DNA of 63,806 nt, the filler included, from Conidiobolus incongruus B7586 (taxonomy: Eukaryota), in NCBI GenBank assembly GCA_000697335.1. It is 8 parts of 8 records of this genome, joined end to end, with 100 filler letters (N's around TTAATTAATTAA, not from the genome) between each part and the next. Parts side by side here need not be neighbours in the genome. Positions count along the whole stretch, not along the records: positions 29,445 to 47,535 come from JNEM01006131.1; positions 47,636 to 53,452 come from JNEM01006132.1; 6 more parts are not named here. The stretch is one strand, 5' to 3'. Position numbers and translations under genes: made by a program. Positions 41,420-53,552 of the stretch are shown in pieces (the first letter of the stretch is position 1; every line of letters starts with the position of its first letter). The notes under the pieces are model-generated. The model ran no database searches. It had not been told where the DNA came from and was given only the letters and a program-made list of their open reading frames with translations.

Positions 41420-42143
41420 GTATATTTTATACATTTATCTTCTATCAATTATCATATATATGGTAATATTTACTCTCATTTTTATTGAGATAATTCTAGA
41501 TTTTACAACTTAGTTTATTCCATTCCAAATTGAGTGTCTCCCAAAATTATATTAAATGAATAAGAAATTAAAAACACGTTTTCAGAAAATAAAATATTTA
41601 CCATATCTTTTATTGAAAATAACTTTACCTTTGAATATTGATATCATTTAAATAATAAACTGTTTTAATTATATTTTACATTATTAATTTTCAATAAAGT
41701 TATTGTATTTGATCGCTCTAATGTCATAAAATTTCAACTTTTTTCTTATTTTTCCATATATCCTAAATATTTTTTGATTTTTATTAAATTGCGATAGACA
41801 TTAGTTAATATATAGGATTTATAAAACTAGTATTGTAAAATTTTTGAGGTATTGAATACTATCAATCTTTTTAATTATGGCTGATTTTATTAGTTTGAAA
41901 TTCAATTTTAACTTCATTTTATCAAACTGTCATATTTTTTATATAAAAGTCAATACAATTTCTTGATATAATCGTAATAGTTATACAAAAATAATTTTTA
42001 TCCAAATTTATTTATATATTTTTATTAATTTTTAGATTCAATATATATTTGGTAAAATTAAAAAATAAAAAAATTAAAAACTTAAGAATTGGTATTAGAG
42101 ATAATAGATTGTATCAAGTTATTGGATTTAACCCTTAGTACAA

Positions 42144-44561
42144 TTATAAAGCTGTGGCCTTCTCCATTTCATCAACTATAGGCATGCTTCGGTCGGATGT
42201 TTGCATGAATGACAACTCCTCAGGAACTGCAGCGCGATTGTTGTGACTAGCCTCTTCGAATGGAGCGGGTGTATTGGTGAAAGCAGTAGGTTGCTGTTCT
42301 TTATAGTCATTCATATCAGGTACTGGAGAGGAAGGGTCAGCGGTTACTTCTTCTTCTGTTTGATCTTCTCTTTCAGTTTCTGTTTCTGGTTCAGGGTGCT
42401 CTGATGCTTCAGCGTGCTCTGTATGTGAGGTGTGTTCGGCATGTTCGGCATGTTCAGCATGTGGGGCATGTTCAGCGTGCTCTGTGTGTTCTGTATGCTC
42501 CGCGTGCTCTACATGTTCTGAGTGTTGGGCATGTTCTACATGCTCGGCATGTGGTGCATGAGCTGCATGAAGTTCGTGTCCTTCCTTAGCTTCTTGATGT
42601 CCTTTTTCGATAGTCTCTTTTTCAGAAGTGGAAGGTTCAACAATTTCAGGTTGAGGCCCAGCAGAACTTGGTTCTTTTACAATTGGAGGCTGTGGTCCTG
42701 CAGAGTTAGGTTCTACAACAGCAGGGAAAGCAGGATCAGATGTGCTCATCAGATCTATTACTTGACGAGCTTTTTCTTCTGATTCTGATTTGGATTCATG
42801 CTTGGCCTCATGATGGGCTTCACTTGCAGATTCTTTATGTTCGTTCTCTTTACTACTTGCCTCTAATTTAGCAGACTCTTTTGATTCCTCTTTCTTTGAA
42901 GATTCAGTTCCTTCAGGTTTGGGTTCATCCGACATTTCACTAGATTCAGGTTTGGATACATGGCTTCCTTCAGGTTTCATTTCAGGCATTTCATGAGATT
43001 TAACAGGCTCTTTAGTCGTTTCTGACACACTATGATTATCAATAGAACCTTCTGGTTTCATTCCGGACATTTCTTTAGAACTAGAAGATTCAATGGATGA
43101 TTCTGGCTTACTAGAAGGCTTTGCTACTCCTTCTGGTTTACTGGGTTCTGCTAATTCCTTAGGCTCATTGGTTTCTGATGAATGATCCTTTGCTTCAGGA
43201 GCTTGTTCGGTTATACTCTGAGATTCTGCCGTCTCAGGTTTATGTGCACCGGATTTAGTTGTATGCTGAGCATCATGAGATTCAGGCTTGGATTCTAATA
43301 CTTCAGGCTTATGTGCACTAGATTCGGTAGAATGCTGAGCATCGTGAGCTTCAGGTTTAGTTCCTTTGGCTTCAGGTTTTGACTCAGTAGTGCTTTGCGA
43401 TTCCATATTTTCAGATTTAGGTGTACTAGATTCGGTAGCATGTTGAGCTTCGTGAGTCTCTGGTTTAGCTTCCTTAGTATCTTGATTCTCTGGTTTAGCA
43501 GCTTCTTTGTTTTCTGAATGAGTTGAAGCTCCATTTAATTTACCTTCACCTGACGATCCATGAGCCTTCTCACCAGCTTTGGCAGCTTCATCCTTTTCAG
43601 TTTGCTTTGGAGTTTCGGTTGGTTTTTCACTAACTTCGGAAGCTGTTTCAGGATGAGAAGCATCAGTCTTTGCTGCTTCAGCAGAGTCAAGTGGTTTTTT
43701 CTGATCCAAAGTGGTTTCTAATGTTTCTTTAGAACCAGCGTCTGCGGATGGCTCACGATCTGCTCCTGAAGGTTTTACTTTATCATTAGCACTAGGTGAT
43801 ATCGCACTTTCTCCAGATTTTGATGTCTCTTGATTGGTTGTTGATTCTGTTGGTTTTGATGCGGGAGTTTCGGGCGCTTTGGCTGTTGAAGCATCAGCAA
43901 CAGGTGATTCTGCAGGCTTCGGAGCTGATACAGCGGCAGCTGCATCAGTACTTGGTTTTACATCAGTAGTTGACTGCGAGGATTTTTCAGGTTCTGCAGG
44001 CTTTGCAGGATCTTTGGATTCAGAATTTTCTGAACCTTTACTCTCAGTTCCAGCTGCCGCAACGGGAGTAGTACCAGCAGCATTAGGCGAAGCTGAAGGT
44101 GATGGTGCAGCAGAAGTGCCATTAGAAGATGGAGTAAGGGCAGATGATGCCGCATTGGCAGCATCCGTTGAGCCAGTAGATTGACTAGTTGCAGTAGCAG
44201 GAGCCGCTTGACCTGCAGCTTGTACTTGAACTTTATCATACTTCGATGGCGTCCATTGTCCGTCATCATATGCTGGAGAAGGTGTTGCAGCAGCTGCACT
44301 AGCAGAAGCGGGCGCTGATGCTTGACTGGCTGCGGACGGAGAACCAGCAGCAGCCACTGGTGCAGCTGATTGACCTGGGGAAGCACTTTCAGCGCCGACT
44401 GAATTAGTGGGAGATCCGACAGCAGGGGATGCAGCAGATGAATCACCAGGAGGAGGCTGTGGAATACTTCGTAAAGCATTTGCATTAGGTACCTCAATAG
44501 GAGCTGGCAATGCAGCTACTTGAAGGATGATGGGTAAGAAAACAAATAATAAACCCTTCAT
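42144..44561 (-). CDS. Secreted low-complexity (S/A/P/E/K/H-rich) protein with His-X-X tandem repeat
   Basis: Single exon; likely start MKGLLFVFLPIILQVAA (signal peptide) at 44561. Three KPExHxAQHxTxS repeats; 19 HXX repeats at 42408-42578. Confidence 0.85.
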   Translation of the reverse strand: MKGLLFVFLPIILQVAALPAPIEVPNANALRSIPQPPPGDSSAASPAVGSPTNSVGAESASPGQSAAPVAAAGSPSAASQASAPASASAAAATPSPAYDDGQWTPSKYDKVQVQAAGQAAPATATSQSTGSTDAANAASSALTPSSNGTSAAPSPSASPNAAGTTPVAAAGTESKGSENSESKDPAKPAEPEKSSQSTTDVKPSTDAAAAVSAPKPAESPVADASTAKAPETPASKPTESTTNQETSKSGESAISPSANDKVKPSGADREPSADAGSKETLETTLDQKKPLDSAEAAKTDASHPETASEVSEKPTETPKQTEKDEAAKAGEKAHGSSGEGKLNGASTHSENKEAAKPENQDTKEAKPETHEAQHATESSTPKSENMESQSTTESKPEAKGTKPEAHDAQHSTESSAHKPEVLESKPESHDAQHTTKSGAHKPETAESQSITEQAPEAKDHSSETNEPKELAEPSKPEGVAKPSSKPESSIESSSSKEMSGMKPEGSIDNHSVSETTKEPVKSHEMPEMKPEGSHVSKPESSEMSDEPKPEGTESSKKEESKESAKLEASSKENEHKESASEAHHEAKHESKSESEEKARQVIDLMSTSDPAFPAVVEPNSAGPQPPIVKEPSSAGPQPEIVEPSTSEKETIEKGHQEAKEGHELHAAHAPHAEHVEHAQHSEHVEHAEHTEHTEHAEHAPHAEHAEHAEHTSHTEHAEASEHPEPETETEREDQTEEEVTADPSSPVPDMNDYKEQQPTAFTNTPAPFEEASHNNRAAVPEELSFMQTSDRSMPIVDEMEKATAL

Positions 44562-47535
44562 ATTAAGATTAACTTGAACCATTTCTTCCAATTATGAATA
44601 TAATTATAATTAATAAACAATTTAGAATAAAATAAATTAATTAAATAACAATTAAAATCTATTTTGATTAAAGTTTCATTCAATGAAATAGAGTTCAAAT
44701 GCTACCATATTGTCAAGTATTTATATCATAATTTAAAACTGAAAAAATTTCAATTAAATCATTTACCACATATTCCTGAGGCTAAAATTGTTACAAGTAC
44801 TAAGTTTAAGTGTAGCAAAAAATATCCGTTGAATTAGAATCAAATTTGAAAATTTCAAAATTTTGTTAGATTGATTAACTGTTAGTTTTTGTTAATCTTG
44901 GATTAAATTACCCGATTTGACTTAATGTTTCAAATTGTTGTGATTTTGAATCAAGCTATTAATTTAATATTAGTGATTTAGTTAAATACATAACAATATA
45001 TATTCTTTATTATTAATTTGGGTTATTTTAGTCTAATTATTATATAATTCTTTTATTTGTTGAAAAGTTTAATTTAATCAAATAATGAAGAGAGAATAAA
45101 CATACACCACATATAATCAATATCCCTACGAAGGTGTTGTTTGATCTTAACATTTATAGTTTAGTTTCAATCCTCCAATCTCCGCTAATATTATATTTTT
45201 AATTATCAAAAAGTAGAATTTAAGTTCTTCAACTAAAACCCAGGGTAGAACAATATTGATTAATAATATTCGGTTGATTTACTAAGTTATACTAACTATA
45301 AAGATAATTTTAATAAGAATTGATTAGCACGTTGCATGTATAATATTAATATCTAATTCGAGATTAAGAGGTATGTAATATTTATTTTGATATATATATA
45401 TAACAATTTTGAATGCATCATCAATACACTAAGAACTGACGTTAACAATTCCTTGTAGTAAATTCAACTTAATAACTAGTTATAAATGAGTTTATTTAAA
45501 TATATCATAAAACTTATTTACCAAATAAAATCCAAATCCAAAAATTTTCATTTTTAACAATGATTTAATTAACTTATGGTTACGCCTACCATATTTTTAT
45601 ATTTGATATATTAGTTGAATAATGTGGCGGATCTCAATCAATGCTTATAAAATTTTATATCTGCTTAAAATAACACTCTAATTGTATTAAATTAATTATT
45701 TACATTGATTCTCTATCCAAAATATAAGTTAAATTTTGTATTAATATATTTCATCATATCTCAAACGTAAGAATGTTTATTTAACTATTTTAAAGATATA
45801 ATAAATATTCTCAATTCATATTTTTTATTACTTATAAAGTCCTATTATTTAATAAGATAATTCAATAGTCTTTATATTCAAAATTAATAAATCAATTAGA
45901 TTAATTCCATATATGCATTTCTATGACAAGATCAGCTAATTAAATTTATTATATTCTGAAAATAACTCTGAGTTTTGATTTGATAATTTAACCAATATTA
46001 TTTCTAATTCATATTGACTTTCTTGGTTCATAATTAAATTGTACACTTTGTTCTCTGTTAAATTTTAATCAAACCTTATGTAATTGACTGAACAAACTAT
46101 AAAAACCAAAGATTAACAAAAAGAGGAGTTTTTTTGATAATTTGCTATAAATTTAAATAATCAAGTTTAAGAAATAAAGTCAAAATGTTAAAAAACACTA
46201 TTAATAAATTAATTTATTAAAGTTTATTATAAGTTCTTTTTGAAAAATAATTTATATTTATAAAACATAATAAAAACATAATAAAATATTTATATTAGAA
46301 TACTTAGGATTTTGATAACTTTGAAATATTAAATTGATCAAATTAATATTAATTATTTTTTACCAATATAATATTATCTTGATATAATTAATATAAAATT
46401 TATTTCTCATATTATTTTATTGGGCAAAATAATAATAATAATAAAGATAAATCAAAATTTATTAATATTATTTAATACTACCATAATAACAATTGGAAGA
46501 AAATATAAAACGGACTTATGTAATATGTATTATTATTAATACTTGTAAAAATTATTAATTATAATAATTTACAATATTTATGTAGAAGAAATATTCTTAA
46601 TTGATTAATATCTTTAATCAGATAAAAAAATAAATCAAAATTTTAGAAAATATTCACTTAACAAGGTTGTATATTTAAAAAACTTGTAATCTTATAACTA
46701 GTTTAAATATTATATTAAGTTAAATAATACAACTATCGAAATATTGATTTGAAATATATAATACTACGGAAATATAGCAATAACAATTATTACAAATCTT
46801 ATATATGTTCAAAAAAATATAAAGATAAAAATAGTCTATTATTAATAAGAAATTATCTTATTATATACTCATAAATATATATCTATTTAACCAAATTTAT
46901 TTTTAGATTATTTTTATACTATTCATTATTAATTTTGAAATAAATATTTGTAAATTTATTTTAATAGTTAGTCGTGGGTTCAATTTTATATAAGATATAT
47001 ATTTTAAAGTATTAGATATAATCTATTTTCAGGATTTATTTATCAATTTTCATATAAAACATGGTTATATCCTTTATTTTATATTGATTTGCTTGTTTTT
47101 ATAGTCAGAGAAAGAATTGATTTAATATATATTAATATAATCATTTTATATATTATTTTATATTATTTATATATAATAATATATTAAAAGATTATTTAAT
47201 TTTAAGTTATATATATTCTGCTTTTATGACTTTGCTTGACTAAATATCTTAATAACTATATTCTTATTTTGTAAAAATATTATAACTTGCAAAGTTAAGC
47301 TATAAAAAAATAATAACTCATATATTCTGCTAAAAATGAGATTATTCTTAATTAAATTAACTTAGACTAGGGTATAATTAAAGTATATTATTTGATTTTA
47401 ATAAATTATATTTATTTATATTTAATTTATTATTGGATAATAATTTAAAACTTAAAATTTAATAATAATAAGCTATAAACTAATATGTTTATAAACTAAT
47501 TAGGTATATAAAATAAACATTATTTAAATTATTTT

Positions 47536-47635
47536 NNNNNNNNNNNNNNNNNNNNNNNNNNNNNNNNNNNNNNNNNNNNTTAATTAATTAANNNNNNNNN
47601 NNNNNNNNNNNNNNNNNNNNNNNNNNNNNNNNNNN
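47536..47635. other. Assembly linker
   Basis: 44N-TTAATTAATTAA-44N. Confidence 0.98.
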
Positions 47636-49930
47636 TTAATTAAATTAATAATTTAATATTTTATTATTATATATATATATATATTTAATTAAATATATAA
47701 TAGCTTTTCTATATAAATTAACAAAGCTTAGCCTAATATTAATATTAGTTTTCCTTTATAAAGGTTTAAGGATTATTAGTTCATTTATTCCAAATTAATC
47801 AAAAAAAAGTAATATTAATAGTTAGCTTTTTTTATTTATAAATAAAAATTTTTTATTTAAAAAAACTCAGAGAAATAAAGGGAGTTAAAATTTATAAAAT
47901 TAAACCTATTGATTTATATTATTCTTAATAAATAAAATTATTCAAAATGTATTTAAATTTATAAAATAATTTAATTAATGATTAATAATAAGGTTAGTAT
48001 TATCTATTATAAATTACATATACATTATTTTAAATTTTAAAATTTTTTTATTATTAATTTATAAAATTTAAAAATTAAATTAGATTATCAATATATAAAT
48101 ATATATTAAAAATTTTATAATAATGTAATAATAGTGCTAAAAATATAATATAATTAAAGATTAATTAAGTTTTTTAAATTTTTCAATAATATAAATAAAT
48201 CATAAAACTATTTTAAAAAAATTTAAATTAGTTTATCTTTATTAATTATATAATTAATCTTGTTAATATTAATAAGTTTAATAATATATTTACGTTCATA
48301 AACTGAATAATTCAAAGGAATATTGATTTACTATTAATTTTAATTTATCAATTAATAAGAGATATAAATTAATAAAAATATCTAGCTTATTAGATTTTAC
48401 TATTGTTTCTATCTTCTTATAACATATAATTTGGTGTAGTTTAAATATTAGGTTAATTATTATCAAGGTAATTATATAAATAATAATTATTATTGGTTTT
48501 ATAATAATAAAAACAATTATTTTTTTAATATAAAAATATTTAAATAAGAATTATATTAAAGCTTTTAATAGTTGATCAGTAGGTATAATATATGAATAAG
48601 TGTTATTAATAACTATAATATATAAGTTATAGTTTATAAATATACAATTAATATAATAATAATTAACTTTATTATAGCAATGTTTATATTAATTAAAATA
48701 TAATAAGAATGATTATATTTATTAAGATATATAGTAAAATTAATTATATTTTGAAATAAGTTTTATTATGGCTTTATTTATTAATATTTATCATAATATA
48801 GATAAAAAATAAATTATTTGAAAAATACATATTATAATTGAATTTTTGTTTTAAAAGTAATTGATATTTATAATGATGAATTTGTTCAATAAATTTTTAA
48901 ATAAATTGTTTATAAACAAGCTTTTTAATTTGCTTTATAAAAAGATAATATTGTTAAGAAAATAATATACTTGGTGTAATTTTTTGATAAGATCTTTAAA
49001 GGTTTAAATGTTTTTGCTAATGTATTTGCTTAAAGCTATTTAAGCATAAATTTGTTAGTGATGTTTAAATTCATTTTATATATTTCTGGAAAAAAATAAA
49101 ATCTATTAATAATTTTTCTTTTGCATTATAGCTGGTTGTGTTAAAATAATTGTTTAGCATATCTTTATAGTTTTGAAAAATATTAATTTTATTGTAATTG
49201 TGGAGTTTTTTGTGATATAGTTTCAATATTAAGGTTTTATGTTTATTAGTAGTTATTTGAATGACAATATTGTTGTTAATGTTTATGGCTAATATATTAT
49301 GCATATATGTGGGTATAGAGTTAAGGAAACTAATTTTAACTAGTTAAACTATTAATAAACACTTGAATTTAAGATAATTTAAGTTCTTGGTATTTTTAGT
49401 GTTAATGTGAGGATCAAGTGTTTGTTGCTACCAAATAACAAGGTTAATGTGAACAAGTAGATTTAATATAAACAATATGAAAAGTCCCTTGTTTATTTGG
49501 CAATGTTTCCCATTTTTATATGTAAAAGTTGATAATAGTTGGAAGATAAAATAAGATAAAGTAGAGAAAGAAAATAAGACTGATGGCATCATGATTTCTG
49601 TGATGACAACAAAATGATCCAATTCATAATAGTTACTTATTAAAAACATTAATAAATATTATTTTAAATATCGTATACCAAATTTTGACAATTCAATTTC
49701 TGTCAAACTGAAATTCAAAAGTGTATTTTAAACCAATTATAGGTTGATGGAAATGGACTAATATCATTTTATGTATATTCATATTACCTGAAATTTATTT
49801 TAGAGAAAATTTAAAGTCAATATATATATATATATATATTCAGTGTAAAATAACAACAATATAACAAAAATGTGATTAAATTTCCAAAACAATACTCAAA
49901 TTTACTAAAAAATTTATTTGAAAAATAAAA

Positions 49931-50680
49931 TTAAGAAGGTAACTTGAGTTCATTATTCTTTGTAGTCCTAGTTAAATGTGAGAATTAATAAAAATGAAGG
50001 AATGATATTAGGAATATCAAAACTTACTTGGTAAAATAAAGATAAAAGAAGACCAAATAAAATGTATATTGAATAACGCCTGGCATCCAATAGTGTGAAG
50101 AGACATAGAGGCCAAGATGCCATTTATAGAACCAATTCAAAATATAAAAACCTCGGTAAGTAACTAAGGAAATCAGATAAGGTGGTGTGATGATTCCAGC
50201 CTCTCCCTTCTTAATAAATAACATAATTTGGGGTAAAATAGCTACAGCTTCCAAGTAACGAGAAAATATTGTTAAGCTCTAAAATTATAAAATTAAACTC
50301 TGAATTAAAATTGATTGATATCTAATATAAATTACTTGTTGTGATACATAATTGTCTGTAAAATAAGTACATAAAGCCGAACCCAAAAATAAAAACTCAA
50401 CTTTGAAAACATCATATGCCCTGTCATAAGTGTCTTTATATCGATGTATTTGATAAATTACAAGACTTGCACAAGCTATGAAAAGTAATTTCATAATAAA
50501 AGTATACCAATCAATCCATGTAGAAAACATAGAAGAATATCTGGTGAGGAATACAATCAAATATAATACTTCATACTTCAAAGAAATACCAGCGCACGAC
50601 TTGTTAGATCTTATTTGGTATAGTATGATAAAGAAAGAAAGTAAATGAGAAATATCTGCAACGACTTGAAAAGGATTCAT
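49931..50680 (-). CDS. ERD2: ER lumen protein-retaining (KDEL/HDEL) receptor family member, divergent (3 exons)
   Basis: MNPFQVVADISHL, KSCAGISLK, VFLTRY, YLEAVAILPQ, YRGFYILNW, FFYLYFTK, C-terminal LKLPS. Confidence 0.85.
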
Positions 50681-51924
50681 ATCAATTATAATTATCAATC
50701 TAATTTGTTTAAACTGAATGATATCCCTATTTATACTAATTACTCGCATTAACTCCCCTATATTTAACTTTTTTGAATAAATAATATCAGCAAAATTTAG
50801 ATTCAATTCCCGATTTAATTGGTTAATCTTTCACAAATTTATGCTATTCTATATTTATTTATTTTAGAACATCAAGTTATGAGAATTATTTTCTTTTTTT
50901 GGTATACAAATAATATAAATTCCAATATTTATATTTATATTAGCTGAGAAATATAGAGAAATTAATAATTTAGGAGATTTGGTCAAATAGGGTACGACAT
51001 CTAATTTTAAAACAAATTTTTTTTATAATTAAGAGATAAAAAATGCACAGCCTATATTGAGTGAATAGTTTTCTAAATATAGGTTCAAAAGAATGCTTTA
51101 TGGTTGTAGTGAAATGTAATAGCAGTGTATTACTTGTACGTCAGATAGATCAGGATTTTACATCCCTGAGCAAGATATATATTAATACCAGAATTGGATT
51201 AGTTTTAAAAATGATCTCAATTTAAATAATTAGTAAACATTACATCATATCTCTGACAACAAAAATTAAGATTTGTTATTTTTTTGATCTGGATTTGGTA
51301 CGCTATATATGAGATTTCACTTTAATAATTATAAAAACAACTTCTTAGTTATATTTAAAATATTTAAAGAATCTTAAATTGGAAATTATATGATTAACTT
51401 CTATTAATTTATTATAATATTTTATATTCTAATTTATTACTTTAATTATTTAAGAAGTATATATGTCTTATTAACAATATTAACCTGATAATATTTTATG
51501 TTAAAAATATAATGCTACTTGGAAACATCCATTATATTATTAAAAAATTAGGGTTTCTATTGCTAAAGTATTGATATAAATTCTGATAAAAATATAAAAT
51601 ATTAATATTATATTTCAAATTTTAATTAATTTAATATTAAAAAACTTCAAATAATGATTATTAAAATGAAATAATTATATTATCAAAAATAAAACTTATC
51701 TTATAAAATAGAGGTAAAAAACATTCTATAAAGGATATATTCAATAATACCTGATATTTGAATTAATAAAAGGAGAATAATATTTTTTTAAAAATATTTA
51801 ATTTTAATAAAAAAGTTTTTTTTAAAATATAATTGAATATAACTTCCAGATATAAATAATTTAAAATTAATATATTTTTTAATTATTATTTGCTTTTCGT
51901 TATATTTTAAAAACTTCTTATATT

Positions 51925-52060
51925 TGATATTATTTTTATATTTTAAAAAATTATTTTAATTAAAGAATCTTTTATAAAGTAAAATAAAAGTTTAAATATT
52001 ATTATTAAAGATTAAATAAAACTTATTAAAATAAGGTAATTTAGTTTAATAAAACAAATA
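51925..52060 (+). mobile_element. Older Tc1 transposase fragment interrupted by copy B; left limit approximate
   Basis: TAA AAT AAG GTA ATT TAG TTT AAT AAA ACA AA reverts to WNKVIWSDETK. Homologous to 28440-28570; ends at the TA before copy B's TIR. Confidence 0.65.
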
Positions 52061-53452
52061 CACTAACCTATAAAAGTGAGTTATAAAATCAAAAAAATTT
52101 ATATTTTTACTAATAACTTGATTAATATTTAATAAAATAAACCTAAATTAAATAATTAAAATCTATTATATTTATTAATTATATATATCATTAAATGATG
52201 ATATTTAGCTATTAATTAGTTAAAATATAATCCCTTAAATTTTACCTAGGGTGAGTTATAAATTTATATGTTTTTGGTGATAAAAAAAATTGAAATCTAG
52301 TATATCTATCTTTAGCTTTTCTAATTTCTTTAAGTTTATAAGGTATAGAATCAATTAACTTCTTATATTAAGAAGGGTTAATCTTATTCTATATTTCTTA
52401 AATATATTTTTAAAATTAATCTAAATCTTTTACTAAAGGGAAAAATTTAATAGCTTTTTTTAACTGAACTTAAAGATATTTAATTAAATTAAGGTTAGGA
52501 GATTAAAGAAACTATTTCATAACTATTATCTTGTTATTTTTAAGTTATTTGGTAGTAAAAGCTCTAGTATAGCAAGAGGTATTATCTTGCTTGAAAATAA
52601 TATCAGATTTATTTAACTTATACTATTCAATGGTTTTTTTCAATTCATTGTTTAGAATACTTTAGTATATTTCAACATTAATTCCATTATTAACTTTATA
52701 AAAATACCCTATATTTAAAAACAATATATATCCCTAAATAATAATTAACCTATGATTATACTTTTAAGTAAAATTAACATAATAGTTATATAGTAATTCT
52801 GTATTTTTTCTAAAGCATTTAACCTTTCTATCAAATCCATTAAGATATATTTTTGCTTTATTAGACTAAATAACCTTACTTTAATTAGTTTTAGTTTAAT
52901 ATTAATAATGATATTTAAACTCCTGCCTAGTTTTAAAATAGGATTTCTTTAATTAAAGGTGTTTTTTCTTAAAATATAAGCAGTATCTATGCTAATATAA
53001 AGTATATATAATAATATTAGTGTTAACTAATATTCTTGTATAGTTTTATAATTCCTGCTATATTTCTACAATAGTACTATAATTACCTATATTAACTAAT
53101 CTATAGATATATTTTTTATTATATTCATCTATAATTTTAGCATATTTAAGTTTAAGTTTAAATGTTTCTTTATTGCTATTCTTAATAGTTTTAACTATAA
53201 TAAACTAGCTAACATTAGTAATTCTAGTAATATCATAAGTTAATTTACCTTCTTTATAAAGTTAATTAATACACAAGTAGATTTTTTTAGAGAGGGATTT
53301 AGGTATAATAATACTAATAAAAAAAATTTAATATATTTATAAAATATTATAAAAATAATAGCAAAGAAAGAAAAAAGATATGGTTATATATTATTAAATA
53401 TATTGTTTATTCTTAAAAACTTGTAAATTTATAACTTATCTTGGTTAAATAT
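52061..53452 (-). mobile_element. Tc1 copy B, hypermutated, cut by linker
   Basis: TA|CACTAACCTATAAAAGTGAGTTATAAAATC terminus; reverse-complement homology to copy A throughout; direct repeat GTGAGTTATAAA at 52076 and 52251. Confidence 0.9.
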
Positions 53453-53552
53453 NNNNNNNNNNNNNNNNNNNNNNNNNNNNNNNNNNNNNNNNNNNNTTAA
53501 TTAATTAANNNNNNNNNNNNNNNNNNNNNNNNNNNNNNNNNNNNNNNNNNNN
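53453..53552. other. Assembly linker
   Basis: 44N-TTAATTAATTAA-44N. Confidence 0.98.
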
